DNA from: Tubiluchus corallicola
Taxonomy: Eukaryota; Animalia; Priapulida
Length of the DNA stretch: 64,000 nucleotides
Reading direction: 5' to 3'
Assembly: GCA_030141605.1 (NCBI GenBank)
Contig: JAQGDQ010000903.1
Location: 1-64,000 of the forward strand
The position numbers were made by a program, and so were the translations under genes. The notes under the pieces were generated by a model. That model was not told the DNA's origin. It saw nothing but the letters and a program-made list of their open reading frames with translations, and did not search any database. This document shows, in pieces, positions 49,286 to 62,116 of this stretch (position 1 is its first letter; each line of letters begins with the position of its first letter).

Positions 49286-52200
49286 ACTATAATATATAAG
49301 TTCGCACACTGTACCGGCGAGACACAACACCGCACATTTCGACAGGACAGGGCAGGACAGGCCAAGACAGGGCAGGACAGGACTTACAGGACAAGACATG
49401 ATAGGGCAAGGCAGGACAGGCTGGAACAAGAAAGAATAGAATAGGACTGCAAAAAGAAGAGACAACAATTTCACAAAAACAAATTTAACATGTAGAAATT
49501 AGAGAGTGGTAACGACATATACAAAAAATAGAGGGGAAAACAGCGGTGATGGTAGGTGGGGTTCGTTGTTATGCTAGTGGATAAGCAAATTGGAGAGTAA
49601 ATAAGTACTTGTGTAGGTATTTAGGAAGGTAGGTAGGCAAGAATGTAGGTATAGACAGTAGGTAGTTGTATTTATGTACGTAAATGAATGTATAGGTAAG
49701 TACTGGGACGACAGATTGGTAGGTAGTCAGAAAAAAGAGACAGAAATTAAAATCAGCTCTGTGACTAATCAAGACGTTCGGTTAAATTATCGTAGATCTG
49801 CCTGAACCAAGAATCGCGGCATGGGCGAGTTTAAGTTAATAATTGACGTTTAGTATTGTTAACTTGTAATTCATTTTGCTTATCATTTTATTTATTTTCT
49901 TGTTGTTTGTCATTCTTGTCTAGCGAATGGTGAATGAGCTGCTAATAAACTCTGATTACAACGTTATTGTTGTTGATTGGACAAGGGCTGCAGGTGTCAA
50001 ATATTCCTTGGCTGCAGCGAATGCCAGAATCGTGGCCCGGGACGTTCGAAAACTCTTCAGGACTATAAGGGTATTGGAGAATTTAGTAATTTACCATGAG
50101 CACACTATTGAAGACAGTATTAAAGAGTTTACAATGCATAAATCTATACACAGAATGCATTGACACATTATTATAATTATTAGACTGAAGCTGCGGGTAA
50201 GCCTCAGGACAGCACCAAAGAGAAAATATTGTGTTGGTGGTGCCCGGATTAATGGTAAATCTGAAAAAAGCCAAACAAAAGTGCAAGAAATGATCTCTCT
50301 CTTTTTCGCTCTCTATCTCTCTCTTTCTCTCATCCTCTTTCTCTCTCTCCCTCCTTCCCCCTCTCTCTCTTACCATTCACTCACTGACTCACTCAGTCAT
50401 TTATTCACACTCACTCTCCTCTCTAGGGTAGGAACAAAGTGCGAAATAGGTAGAAATTCAGGTGTATGATAACGACATATATGGGGCAAATGGGCTAATG
50501 TCGGACAAAAAGGCTTTTTCGGGTTTCTGTCTATATTTTTACAATTTTCTTGGAATAATGTTTCATCAACTAAAACTATGCTGTTAAGGAATCAAGAAGT
50601 ACAGAAAAGTGGTTAGCTGAATAAAATGTAAAATACTGTGGTACTTAAATGCTTTGCTACGTCATTTCAATTGCAGGCAATGTCAGACAGTTGAGCAGGG
50701 TAATGTCGGATGTAGGCCTAATTAACAACTTTCTGGTTTTGGCATTTGAATTATTTTAAATGGCTTGCAATATCGAGATTTATCAGTGACGACATGACAG
50801 AGATGTTGTACAATAGAAAAGACAAGCGCCAATGCCCTCACAAACATTTTTGTCCGGGCCCATTATTTATGAATAATGTGCACTGAAGGTAGACTGCATC
50901 TAATTATAGCTCCACAGCTAAATTTTTCCTCTCTTATTCTCTTTGCAAAGTTTTTTATATTTGCAGCATTTTTATCAGTCGTTTCGATAACGGTTTTCTA
51001 CCCATGTTTCTAAAAAGATTAAAACCGTTTGGCTCAAATGGCCAAAAAAAATCAATGTTATTTACTTACGCAAACAATTAAATCTGGCGAAAAGTCGGGC
51101 ACAAATCCGGACATTAACTTAAACTTTCGGGTAAAGTCTGACACTGCTTCAGTGAGTTGTATAATAAACAAACAAATACGGTGCTTTCTAAAGTGTGGCA
51201 TTAAAAACATCAAGGAAGATGTAACTTTCAAAATAACCCATTTCTGCAGAGGCTACTGTAAATAATTAACGCTTTAGATCTATTTATCAGCAAATTAGAA
51301 AAAGCTAATGCAATTAAGGATAAACGTGTTCGCTGAGCGAGCTTGTATGGTTGACGACCATGCGGCTGCCTGAAGACGAATTAGTAGACACCATTCTAAT
51401 AGTGAAAATGCCATTCTAAAGACGTGATGTGGCAGTATTAACAGAGAAAACAAAGTCCGGGTAATTTGATGGGTTTTAGGAAAACGTAAAAGTCATATAA
51501 CTCAAGGTAATAACGTATCACGTACAACAACTACGGCAATTAACAATAGACGTTTATCAATACAAAACAGCAGTGCGTGTAATATACAGTAATAACTTTA
51601 GCAAAATTTCCATACTGCTAGCTTACTTTTCTTTTCCTACTTTTCTTCTTCGCCTTTTTCTTCTTTTCCTTTTCTCGTCTCACAAAAATGTCTGAAGGTG
51701 ACCTAGTATTATTTATTGTTGTTTGGTAATACCCTGTTTTTTCTTGCATGTTGCCTGGCCCATACAGAAAGCCTATGGATATTTCTGGATCAAAGCCAAG
51801 AATTTCCATCTGATAGGCTACGGCTTAGGAGCACATCTGGCAGGGTATGTTGGCAATCAAGGACTAGGTATCTTCAATCTCGGACGCATAACAGGTAGTG
51901 CACTTTGAAAGGTGAACAGCACCCAGTTTTAAACTATAGTTCAAAATAATCTACCGTATAAATTTCTTAAAGAGAACACGATTGTTTATAGAAAGAGTAA
52001 TTTACGTGAAAGAACTATTACTACGGAAGTTTAATATCACGTTTGCGACCGTTACATGCATTTCACTGTTCGATAGTTAGATGGACACATCTTCCCGAAT
52101 CTCGGAAGGCGTTGCGCAAAAAACAGGCGATGTACCTCTCAGTTTGTTTCTGGCGTAGTATGCATCTGTGGTGAAATCACATAATGACACAGTGGAAAAC

Positions 52201-55200
52201 TTAAAATTTAAATTTTAAACATAAATTTGCCCAGTTTTGTGTATCACAGTCAACGTTGTGCAGTAGCATTGTATTTCAATTTTCACTTTCGCAAACAGTC
52301 ACCGGCCGTTAATTAAATTTTTAAGCTATTATAATTATGAGAAACGCTTGGCGTTATTGTAGACGTTAAAATGTATATTTCTTACCGTACTTCAAAATAG
52401 AACAGGATATGAAAAATCGTCGTGTTTTTCTTTGAAATTTTTTTATAGCTTAGAAGTTTGAAAGTTAAAAGTACGCCTAGAAAATTTTATCGTCCAGTAT
52501 ATTGAAAATTCGGGCAGGTAACAGTAGCCTGTCTGTATTTAAGAAAAATATTCTCCCATTCTTCTGTGTTCTTCCCACATATGTACATCATCCATCGTTG
52601 CAACATAATCGGGATCATCATCTTACTTAGCTGTTACATCCACCAAAACCCCATTTCCTATTAACTCTGCTCAACACATGTCACTAAAAAATTACTTACT
52701 TCCGTTTCATTTTCTAAGACTTTTCTTGTATCATACACGAATCATTGTCACTATCATCTTAAAATTCTGAATTTGACAAACTCATCCCTTCTACGAATCT
52801 TTTTATCACAAGAGAATTAGTGAGCTTGTTTTATAGGCAACTAACAGTAATGTATTCCTATTTCTAAATTTGAATTCGGCTGAGTGATGGGGTTGGTTAA
52901 CCGTATTGCTCGGATGGGTGCTGCCCTTCTTAGATATTATGAATGAACAACAGTGAGTAAATGTTGTCTTTCACAGTGAACAGTTTCAAATCACAAACTG
53001 GCAAGCATGAAGTAAACCAAACATAAGAACTACATATACCAAAGCAGTTTTGCCAACATGATCCTGTTTAGTAAAAAAATTAATAAGGCAATTCTAAGTG
53101 TGTAATTCACTATTATAATCATAATTACATTACCAGTAAACCAAATCACTATGAGCAATGTGCCAATTATTGCCCTGGGAGTCTTCTTCAATGGTGCCTT
53201 ATTCAACATTGCGAAAACTCTCACTGGAGCTTCTGAACCGTCTCCAAGATTCATTGGTATTGCGAACACGATGCTTCCTGCAGGAGACATTTGGTCCAGG
53301 TTTGTCAGAATGTCAATGATACCAATACTGTAATGTATGTCTTTATGGACTAATTGTAGTAATGGCGCGACAGATAGACTGCGTATTCATACAGAAAACT
53401 GTTTCGCTTGCTGTACGATTGCAGTGCTTCTGATATGTGTGTAAACCTAACTCTACCACATTTTAGTTATGTTGGCATAAGATCATGTTGTAGCTTTCGA
53501 AATAGATTACTGCTGTACACTGGTAATAGTATTATATCTGCTATTATTAACTCACATAGACTTCTCTAATCTTACTTTTTGTGAAATGAAACGAGTTATT
53601 ACATAATTAGCTTCTAAAATTTATTTAGCTTTTAATTTACTAACTTTGTATATATATTTACTTTTCTAATTTTATTTTATTGTATTTTATTTCAGTTTAA
53701 TAGTGTATTTGTATTTTATATTGTCTTACTCCCGAATTAAAAATTTGAGTTGAATTAAATTAAATTGTGTCCCGCTTGGACAAGTTGATGAACTTTTATC
53801 GTTGGATCACTGCTTGAGTCTAGTCCGACTTCGGATTTGATGTGCTTGTCTTCAATCAGCTGTCTGCGTCAATTACAGGAAAATATCAGTTTTCTTCTGC
53901 ACCGCTAAAAAATTCCGGCTCATTATCGACATTTCTATACCTTCCTAAAGTGAAAAGATTTCTGTTACAAATTTAAAAGAAATGGAAATGTCTTGCTCTC
54001 AATAGCCATTGGTCTTCCTTGAGGCGATGTGAATAAAAAATGTCATGCAATTGTGAAAAATGTTAAGCATTGTGAAAACATCAATCATTTTGGCACTAGT
54101 TGTCATCGAGTGCGTCGTCTATTAGTTCAGCAAACTATATTTTTTTAAATCAAGCCTTGCAAAAATATATGAATGAATTTCTGTTTGTAGGACTAGATCC
54201 AGTTGATCCGTTTTTTCAATGGACAAACAGTTACATTCGATTAGACGAAAAAGATGCTCAATTCGTTGATGTTATTCATACAGACGCAGGTGGCTTTGTT
54301 GACAGGGCAGGCAAGTTGATAGCTAATTTTGCTCGTTCGTTTGTCTGTCTGTGTGTTTGCTTGTTTCGTTGTTTGTTTGTTTGTTTGGTTGGTTGGTTGG
54401 TTTGTTTGTTTGTTTGTTTGTTAGTTCGTTGGTTGGTTGGTTCGTTTGTTGGTTGGTTCGTTGGTTGGTTGGTTGGTTGGTTCGATGATTGGTTGCCTGC
54501 TTTATTGATTGGCTGGCTAGTTGGTAGTCTGGCCTGCTGGTTGGCTAGTTGACAGGTGAGTGGGTAGGTGCTTGGTTTGGTTAGTTGGTTACTTAGTTTG
54601 TTAATTGACTGGTTGGTTAGCTAGTTTGACTTTGTGTGTTTTGGTGATATATTGCCTGATTTGCTTTATTATTGTTTAATTCTCTGCTTGCTGGATGCTC
54701 ATTGTTGTTTTTTCTTTACTATAACTTCTCCATTTCTGCCTTTTATTTGTTGGTGTCGCCTCGTTGTCGTTGTAGTCATCGTCGTTGTTGCGCCATATCG
54801 CTTTTATTGTCCCTGTCACAGCAGTTGTTGCTGTTTTCGTTATCACTGTGGTTGTCGCCGTCATTGTTGACATTGTTACTACTGCTACTGTATTGCAATC
54901 AAAATATTTATGTTTCTTTTGTTTTTGCCATAATCTGGGCCTAGACTCATCTGCAATGTCGCCATCGTTCTTGTTATTGTTATCATTACTGTTGCTTTTC
55001 CCACGGTGCCGTTATTATTATCATTTTCACTGTTGATATTATTGTCACTTGTTGCTGTTGCTGTTGATAAAAGAGATCAACAGTAATACACATATAATTT
55101 ATCATAGATTTATATAAGATGCTCAATGTTTCATTAATGCACTTCCAAAAGTAAGCCAGATGCTTCGAAAACTGATTAGCAGTTACACTTATGTGAACGT

Positions 55201-55238
55201 TATTGCTGCTGTTACGACTGGTCATTCTGGGGTGTTGC

Positions 55239-55311
<73 letters not shown>

Positions 55312-58300
55312 GCAGTCGTTCCTATCGTTGTGGTGTCTTTGATCGTAATCTTTTTTTCGTTGTGCCGTAGATAAGACTGTTCAGTCATCTTCTATGCTAT
55401 TATAAACTACTGAATAAGTTATTCTGCAGGTTTGGGAATTTATCAGCCTTCGGGACACGTGGACTTTTACCCAGCTGGCGGAAGGATACAGCCAGGATGC
55501 CCAGGTTCACTGATAGAAGCATGGATACAATATGGCTGGCAAACTGGTACTCGGGCATTATAAATAATAAACAGTTTAATATGAAAGAAATGATCCAGTG
55601 CTTATGTGTTTATAGTAATATAGATCACTTGTCTCTGCCGCACTACGACAATTGACTTTAGGTCTGAAAATTGAAGCAGGATATCATACAGAAGCAAGTG
55701 TCCATGATACTTGTCAATGTCATAGTAATTTCATAATGGATTTCTAGATTTTGAATCGTGAAAAACCAGATTTAATATTTCTAATGATTTATGTACAGCC
55801 GTTATCCTATCGGTTAATTCGCTGAAGGCAGAAGGTACTAAAATGTCTGAACTCTAATACTAGCCTCATGCAATTAATATAACTTTTAGGTTAATTGCTG
55901 ATTAAACTTTGTCAGGCTTATCACAGTTCAATATACAACAAATCTGTGGTCGAGTTAAAGCCAGCAAATTGATTACATAAATTCTTACAATAGCCTAATA
56001 CTAGTAATTTCCCATTTATAGTTATTAATTTATTTATTTATGAATATAAGATATAAGCATTTTGTGTTTGAATAGTTATCTCAGTTACAATCATACACAA
56101 GAGTAATATTAAAAAAACATATGCAGTATTAGATAAAGATAAACCGAAGAAAAGCACAGACAATGCAGACGGAGTTTTGTCCACAGTTCTTAATTTTCAG
56201 CCTACAAATTTTTACGAAACAGCATAAAAGTTAGCAGAAATAATCTCTTATTTTACATGTAGGTTGGAACAAATTCACTTACTGTAGTCACTATCGCTCG
56301 TTTGAACTATTCGTTGAGTCAATTAACGGTGATTGTGCGATGAGAGCTTTTGAATGTCAGAACTTTGAGCAACTGCAGGTACGTACAAGTCTAGGCGCAG
56401 TTACTTTCAATGTGGGAGAGGCATTTTCTAAAAGATTTCTTTGTTGCATTTATCGATGCAATAACAGCAATTTTTAGTAACTCTGTTTGTGAATTAGATA
56501 TATATTTGAATTACCAAAGATTTATACCAATCTTGTAAACTGCGACATACCTTATTATTTTAATTTCACTGTTGTTTTTAATGCATCATCTACAGTCCAG
56601 GCAACTTTAAATAGGCATGTCTGCTGTTTCATGGGCTGTAATACGAGCAAAATGTTGTTATAATAAATATTTATTTGGATCAAATCAAAAATTCCCTCTT
56701 GGGATGCCTTGTATGAACTCCAGTTCATCCGCCTAAAATGATATCCACCTGTAATGCTGCACACTTTAATCCGGGCAATCTTAAAATAGTTTTCGACATC
56801 ATTGAATATAAGATGCACATATTACAGCCAATGAGACAGTAGGCAGGCCTATTTAAAGTTGTCTGGACTGTTGATGAAGCATCAAGAAATAACAGTGCAA
56901 TTTGTGTGACAGGCAGGTCTGTGTGACGTCACAAACCCAACAACGAGCGCAATAATGGGCTTCAAAGCAAATGAATTTGACCCCGGAAGCACGAAGAATA
57001 TTCAAATGTACGTGGACGTAGGGGGCGAAGAGAATTCCCAGTATTTCTGCCGTAAGTAAATTTGGTTCATTTGGTGAATGAAAGAGTGAAAAACCGTTCA
57101 TGTAAGCTATTTGTGTAAGCAATCTAGAGTATTTGCATAACATAGTTATGAACTTAGACGTCAGGTGTCGATTAGTTGAGAATGTTGGATTCATAAGGTT
57201 TACAAGTAACTATGATTCAAAACGCTTGTGCAAGGCTGAGGTTGTACTCACCTAGCTCTAGGCGGCTAGTCGAAGGCTTTTAAAAACGTTCCGAGCTTAA
57301 CGAAGTTGTGTGCGAATTTAAACTTTACGATTCTTCCTCTAGATGGTGCTACTATAATGTGTTTGGGGGTTAAGACAATTTTATATTTGTATTTGTCACA
57401 ACGGCAAAGAGATTTTTAATAGGTATAATTGCAGTGGAAATTTAATTGAAAAAAGGCGTTGGTCTAATAGATAAAGAAATCTAATCTTGCAGCTTAATAG
57501 ATATGATTCAATAATGCCAGTGTAGTTATAAAATCCGCAGTAAATGCTACTCTTTTACTATTGTTAATGTTATAATATGTACCAATTTTTCAAAACTGTT
57601 CAACTTCAATTTCACGGTTAACTTTTCAGTTTTAACGTTTTTATTTAACGCCCCACATAAAGATTTTTAGCTTGCATTGTCTTAGAGGAGCCCAGTTTAA
57701 TGATTTTGCTGTAATTATAATTAGATCATCACATTCATGTTGAATTCGCGCTGGATAATCAAGGAGTCCAGGAATCGGGTAAACTTCACATCATCTTAAT
57801 TAACGAGCTTGGACGATCCGTTGACTACACACTTGGTGATCGCAGGTAAGATATTCAACGAAGTGGAAAAAGATCCCACAATTTGTCGAACTTTACGAAG
57901 AGAAATCCAACCTGACGTAATTAAAATGTATTGTGTAACGAAACTGCATGGTGTTGATATGCTGTTACATCGTGGTTGAGTAAAACACAGCAGAAACGAG
58001 AAAATGGAGACGAATTTTAAAGGAAAAAAACGTGCCAGATTTCTGTTCTGTATTTTGTGAATTTGTGTTTACACTGATTATAGCTCAAAAGCTATTCTAA
58101 CCTCAAACTGCTAAATAAATCAGTGATCTAGAATAGATTAGCATAACTTGGATTTCTTTGTCTATGTGTGTGTCAAAAACAATCACAAGCAATGGTAGTT
58201 GAAAAAAATGTCTGATATTTTTACTACGTGAAAGCACAAAAACACGAGCCAGTTCTTTTGAAACGGACTCCGTCCCATTTTGCAGTCTTTTCGCGTATTG

Positions 58301-60431
58301 TTTCAGTTTGGTACATTTTGCTTTCTGCAACATGAAGTGGATAGACATATCAGGTGGCACAAAAAATGCGCCGAAGTTTTGATCACGACGTCATAGGAAG
58401 CTAATAACGAAATGGCTTAAAAGTTATTACACTGACGTTACGGACGTTTGTTTCATAAGCACCAAAAATAAGCAATTTTTTAAATTTGTCCAAAGCTACA
58501 GAAATTGGTTAAATCAATAAGTAAAAAAAAAACAAAATGCGGGAAAAATCGTGTGTAATTATTGTGCAACTTCTCTGGGTGCTAGCCACTCACACAGTAA
58601 CCTAGACGAAGGCATTTTTTCCGACAGCTGACACAGTTTCTCAGTTTTTATTGGGGTTTTTGTTCCTAGCTTTCAACAATTTTTGCCTTTAGTGTCTTTG
58701 CGTCAAACGCCCTGTGCAGCTCGAGTGCACCTACTCTTTAAGGGAATTCCACATACCATGATGCAGAGGATTAAGTCCCATTTTTTCTTGGCAATAGATG
58801 TTTATCAGTACTTTGTTTCCTGCGGTGAAGGCCATTATGCTTGATTCCTGCATTGTTTTGCTGTCGTGTGTTAAGTGCTTTATACGTCAACATGGCCGTT
58901 TTTCAGTTGCTGACATTGTTCGTGTTCAGCCAGTTCATTTTTTAACATGCAGAAGATTTTTGGGCACAACTTGAAAATTGATGTATTGTAATACAAAGCT
59001 GTAAAATTTCAACCTTGTTTCTAATGTCATTGTATCTAAAATTCAGCACATTTTCCCACGCCAACCGATATAAGAAAAACTTTTCAGAATGGCGATTACA
59101 AAACATTATTTTATCCCATACATTCATTGGAACGTGAAATATTGCACCATCTTTTTGCTCATCTAAATAATGAACACGAAAGAATCTTGTTTTAGTTTTG
59201 TATTTTCCTATTTTTCAAGATCTGATGATTTTATACCAGGAACTACTTATTACTTCATGTTCCGCACTGATCGAGAATGGGGTTATGTAACTCAGCTTGA
59301 ATTCTACTGGGAGTCTGATCACTTCAGTATTGTTGATCCGGATACCTGGATCTACGTGGCTAACCTTTACATCAAGGACATTAAAATCACCGCAGCTGAG
59401 AGTCAAACGTTGTAAGTCAAACAACATTTAGTACGATGATTATTATAATCTTATTAATCTTAATGCCAAGCCCACGAGTAATTACATTTTGATATGAAAT
59501 TTGAAAGACAGGAAACGTGAAAATGTTAGGATTTGGATTTGAACCAGAGACCATTTGCTTACAAGGCAGACACGTAGACCACTAGGCCATCGTACACTGG
59601 TGATTAAAGCAGTCCCTTACAGCTGGCCAACCAAATTTAGAATTTCCGATGTTAGCTTACTCACACTGGAGCGATTCTAACTAACCGGATTATTTTTTTA
59701 TTTTTATTAATTTGCAGCCTGACGTTCCGTATCAGCCTGTCTTTCTATTTCTTCAAAAATCAACACTGTTGTACATGTGTTTTCCAGTTTTTTCTTGTCC
59801 AATACTGTCAATAGACTCTAATCAGTATAAATAATTATTGATGAGACTGGAATAATCTGACATTAGTCATACAAAAAATATAGAATAAAAACAATGCTGT
59901 AAGTCATTGGACAAATGACTGATGCATTACCATCATTATCGAATGGCATTTCTTTTATATTTTTAGTTATAAATCAAAATATTTTAACACTATTGAGTTG
60001 CTGTTGCCCGTAGCCCTGTGACCTAACCTTTACCAATGACACGAATTTTGACTAAATTCTGATTGCTATAACTCAATATTTTTTGTATTATATGTTACAT
60101 AGAATTTGCATCTATAAGTCTATCTTTGATAGGCAAAATGATTAATACAAACCATGGTAACAACCCCTTCGTGTTCTCCCGCTGTACTGAAAGTATTTCT
60201 GTACTATATTCATTGCATTTTCAGCATTTTTGAAGTTCTGTCGCAACCTTTGGCGCCATTTTCAGTTTCTTTGCCATTCAACGTTTTGCTATAATTTTCA
60301 AGCGTCTCTTCTGCCGTTATTTTTGAGAAAAATTAAGTTCATGCTATTTTTTCAGATCCATTTTCTGCACTGGATCTTCTAAATATCGCGATGGGAAGCG
60401 GTACGACTTGCACGCTGGTGGTCAATGTTGA
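42762..60431 (+). CDS. Secreted pancreatic-lipase-family protein (lipase + PLAT domain), 13 exons, ~627 aa, catalytic Ser replaced by Gly
   Basis: Exons 42762-42873, 43883-44082, 44819-45007, 46239-46466, 49924-50070, 51768-51894, 54191-54310, 55430-55546, 56263-56378, 56913-57051, 57725-57845, 59220-59411 and 60356-60431 join in frame (1884 nt). Signal peptide, CYQDYGCF, LFTR, NVIVVDW, HLIGYGLGAH, RITGLDP, DAQFVDVIHTD, GHVDFYP.GG..QPGC, CSHYR, C-terminal PLAT-like strands. Confidence 0.92.
43672..43732 (-). mobile_element. Degenerate tRNA-derived SINE head or tRNA pseudogene
   Basis: Minus strand tagtggtaatgcatccgctttcc..ggtcctgagttcaatc carries A-box and B-box-like motifs; no intact cloverleaf. 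Confidence 0.5.
45445..45625 (+). mobile_element. Dispersed repeat containing a tRNA-like segment (copy 1)
   Basis: tggcctagtggtctaaggcgtctatcttgtaag..gattcaaat; homologous in inverted orientation to 59525-59685, including the upstream flank gttagaatc..agtgtgag. Confidence 0.6.
46995..47150 (-). repeat. 35-bp minisatellite array, inverted relative to 47935-48215
   Basis: ataaaacaatgtactgtgggtatttcattgtgaca is close to the reverse complement of the 35-bp unit at 48009-48180. Confidence 0.75.
47390..48567 (-). CDS. Nested antisense two-exon gene: secreted acidic Glu/Ala-rich protein, 156 aa (signal peptide, KK/KR, then EA-rich mature part)
   Basis: Exon 1 48567-48481 MVRVSSPLMLLAFSCAIIAVTARHVSAKK followed by gtaaga; exon 2 tttttcag then 47773-47390 VLSKREAESESPEQVVAEASAQAAEAA...PVAPPA*; phase-0 join; TATA (gtatataag, ~48657-48665) upstream. 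Confidence 0.82.
47935..48215 (+). repeat. 35-bp minisatellite (acaatgaaatatctacagcacattgttttattgtt)n
   Basis: About five consecutive units from ~48009 to ~48180 plus degenerate flanking copies. Confidence 0.9.
48763..49195 (+). repeat. ~104-bp tandem repeat x4
   Basis: tgtcatctcttctagttgaggtgattatactacaagagtt..tggcaatatggttcctc..gatttaggacattgactga recurs at ~104-105 bp period. Confidence 0.9.
49211..49425 (+). repeat. (TGCG)n/(TG)n/(TGTATG)n microsatellite followed by (GACAG)n
   Basis: Simple repeats seen directly. Confidence 0.9.
53030..53945 (-). pseudogene. Decayed cyclase-family (KynB-type kynurenine formamidase / isatin hydrolase-like) gene fragment, antisense in lipase intron 6
   Basis: Last exon (acceptor ttacag then 53327): IGIIDILTNLDQMSPAGSIVFAIPMNLGDGSEAPVRVFA plus a hydrophobic tail, resembling the family C-terminal ENxxNLDxLPxxG.....PMKIxxGSGAPxR motif. 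Upstream segment ~53945-53770 gives YFPVID..KHIKSEVGLDS..VHQL with in-frame stops and a frameshift. Confidence 0.7.
54335..54625 (+). repeat. (GTTT)n/(GGTT)n tetranucleotide microsatellite
   Basis: Simple repeat seen directly; it explains the spurious hydrophobic ORF tail. Confidence 0.9.
55232..55312 (+). repeat. (TTG)n microsatellite
   Basis: Seen directly. Confidence 0.95.
59525..59685 (-). mobile_element. Dispersed repeat containing a tRNA-like segment (copy 2)
   Basis: Minus strand gatggcctagtggtctacgtgtctgccttgtaagcaaatggtctctggttcaaatcc has an A box, a TGT-anticodon-like loop and a B box; acceptor stem is not intact. Confidence 0.6.
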
Positions 60432-60784
60432 ACGTGAATGTTGAATGAGTTCACTGCACAAGTTTACTGCCGGACTTCCGGCAATAATTTTTATCAATAA
60501 TTTACCAATAGTGTCCAATTTCCGACTGATTAATTGTTTTTACGTTTATTACCAAATTGGTGCAAAGAGCCAGTAATTGTAACTTCTAGGGTCAATGCAG
60601 ATAAACAGGATTCAAATTAGCGTAACTAAATAACTACTGTTTCCTGTACTGGTGCTATATTATTGTGAGTCATATTGCAATTGTCTTGCGGAAAAAATGC
60701 GAAAAATAGTAATTGCTGTACATTTAACGTTTTGCGATTTTTGTGATTTTATGAACCTATATGTGTGACTGCATTAAATGCAAA

Positions 60785-61560
60785 CACAAACAAATAAACA
60801 AGACTGATTTAATCTACAGTGAAAGATACGTTTGTTAGAGGCAAATCCCCTTACAAAGGAATATTGTGGCTCGAGCGTACAGAACAAATAACAACTAATT
60901 CATACAAATATTAAAAATAGTTATCACAGCAATGCTACATAAAGTAGTATTAATAACTCCTTACATAATTGTATCGAGATTTTTTTTAGACAATAACTGA
61001 TTCCTAATATGAAAGGCTGATTCCAGAAAAGCTACAATAATCTTGCGTAATTCCATATCTTGACTACTCATTATAATGACAAATTTATCATTGTCATTTG
61101 GCATGGCAGAAAATACAGGGAACAAATTTTCAATATGATTAAAAAGTGTCAATTTATCATCCTGATAACGGACATTTCATGACTAAGTGCATTTTATCTT
61201 CAATTTGGTTAGGGTTACAATAAATGCAACATCCTCACTTTATTTTAGCCTTCTCCCCTCTTTGTATCCTTATTGTCATCAAGCAGTTCCTTTGTTCGTA
61301 CGAAATATGCCGTTCCTGCACTACGTTATTAAGCTTGCGTATTAATTTCGCTGAGCTGAATGTATTTTGGCCATGCCTGCATAAATGCAAGATCACAAAT
61401 CCAAAATCAGTTTATATTTTACTGTTGTTGCCCTGCCATAGGTTCCATCGTTTTTCATTGAAAGGCACATTGAAAGGAGTATATATACACAACTGTGTTG
61501 CTTTTGAGGTTTTCAAAAGCTGGCAGCAAAAAGTGTGTAAATTTTTGCGCCAAGCGTTAG
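60785..61560 (-). mobile_element. LINE (L2/Crack-like) ORF2 3' end remnant
   Basis: Minus strand CIYCNPNQIEDKMHLVM.CP (CCHC knuckle) followed by F..M..NDKFVIIMSS..IVAFLESAFHIR; frameshifted. Confidence 0.7.
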
Positions 61561-62116
61561 CAAGCCAAAGAAAAAATTAGTCATACTCGCTTGTAGATTA
61601 CGTTGATTTAAATACTTTTTTTACATAAACGTGATATACAAAATACTTGACTCGAGTATTTAATAATACTGTATCAAAAACTTTTGTTATTAAATTTTCA
61701 ACGAATTTTTGTTGCTATTAATTTAAATTACGCACTTTGCATATTTGTCCGTCAACTCTGATGCAAGAACAATTTATTTCACACACAACAATGAATTAGT
61801 AAGCATTATACAAGGTAGCAACCATTATAGATGCAAGCGTGATGATCACGAATCATTGTAAAAGTAAGTTAATGTTAAGATGAGATGAGATAAGATGAGA
61901 TGAAATGAGACGAAACGAGACAAGATAAGATAAAATCTTCATTTAAACTCTATAGCTAGAACGAGTCATACAATTTTTGCATCCCGGTCGAGTAAACTAA
62001 AATAATAAATAATATAAATAAACATAAAAAATGCAAAATATGAATACAACTTAAAATTATACAAATTTTACGTTCATATACAAAATTATCGAGTAACAAA
62101 TACAGATGAACTGAAT

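Noticed and set aside
50480-51180. DNA transposon with taatgtcgga repeats
   Set aside because: Suggestive subterminal motifs, but I could not define termini or a TSD.
54311-55342. Hydrophobic multi-TM-looking ORFs (LVGW repeats, poly-Leu)
   Set aside because: Produced by (GGTT)n and (TTG)n simple repeats in lipase intron 7.
59531-59600. Functional tRNA-Thr(TGT) gene
   Set aside because: A and B boxes are present but the acceptor stem does not pair, and it lies inside a larger dispersed repeat.
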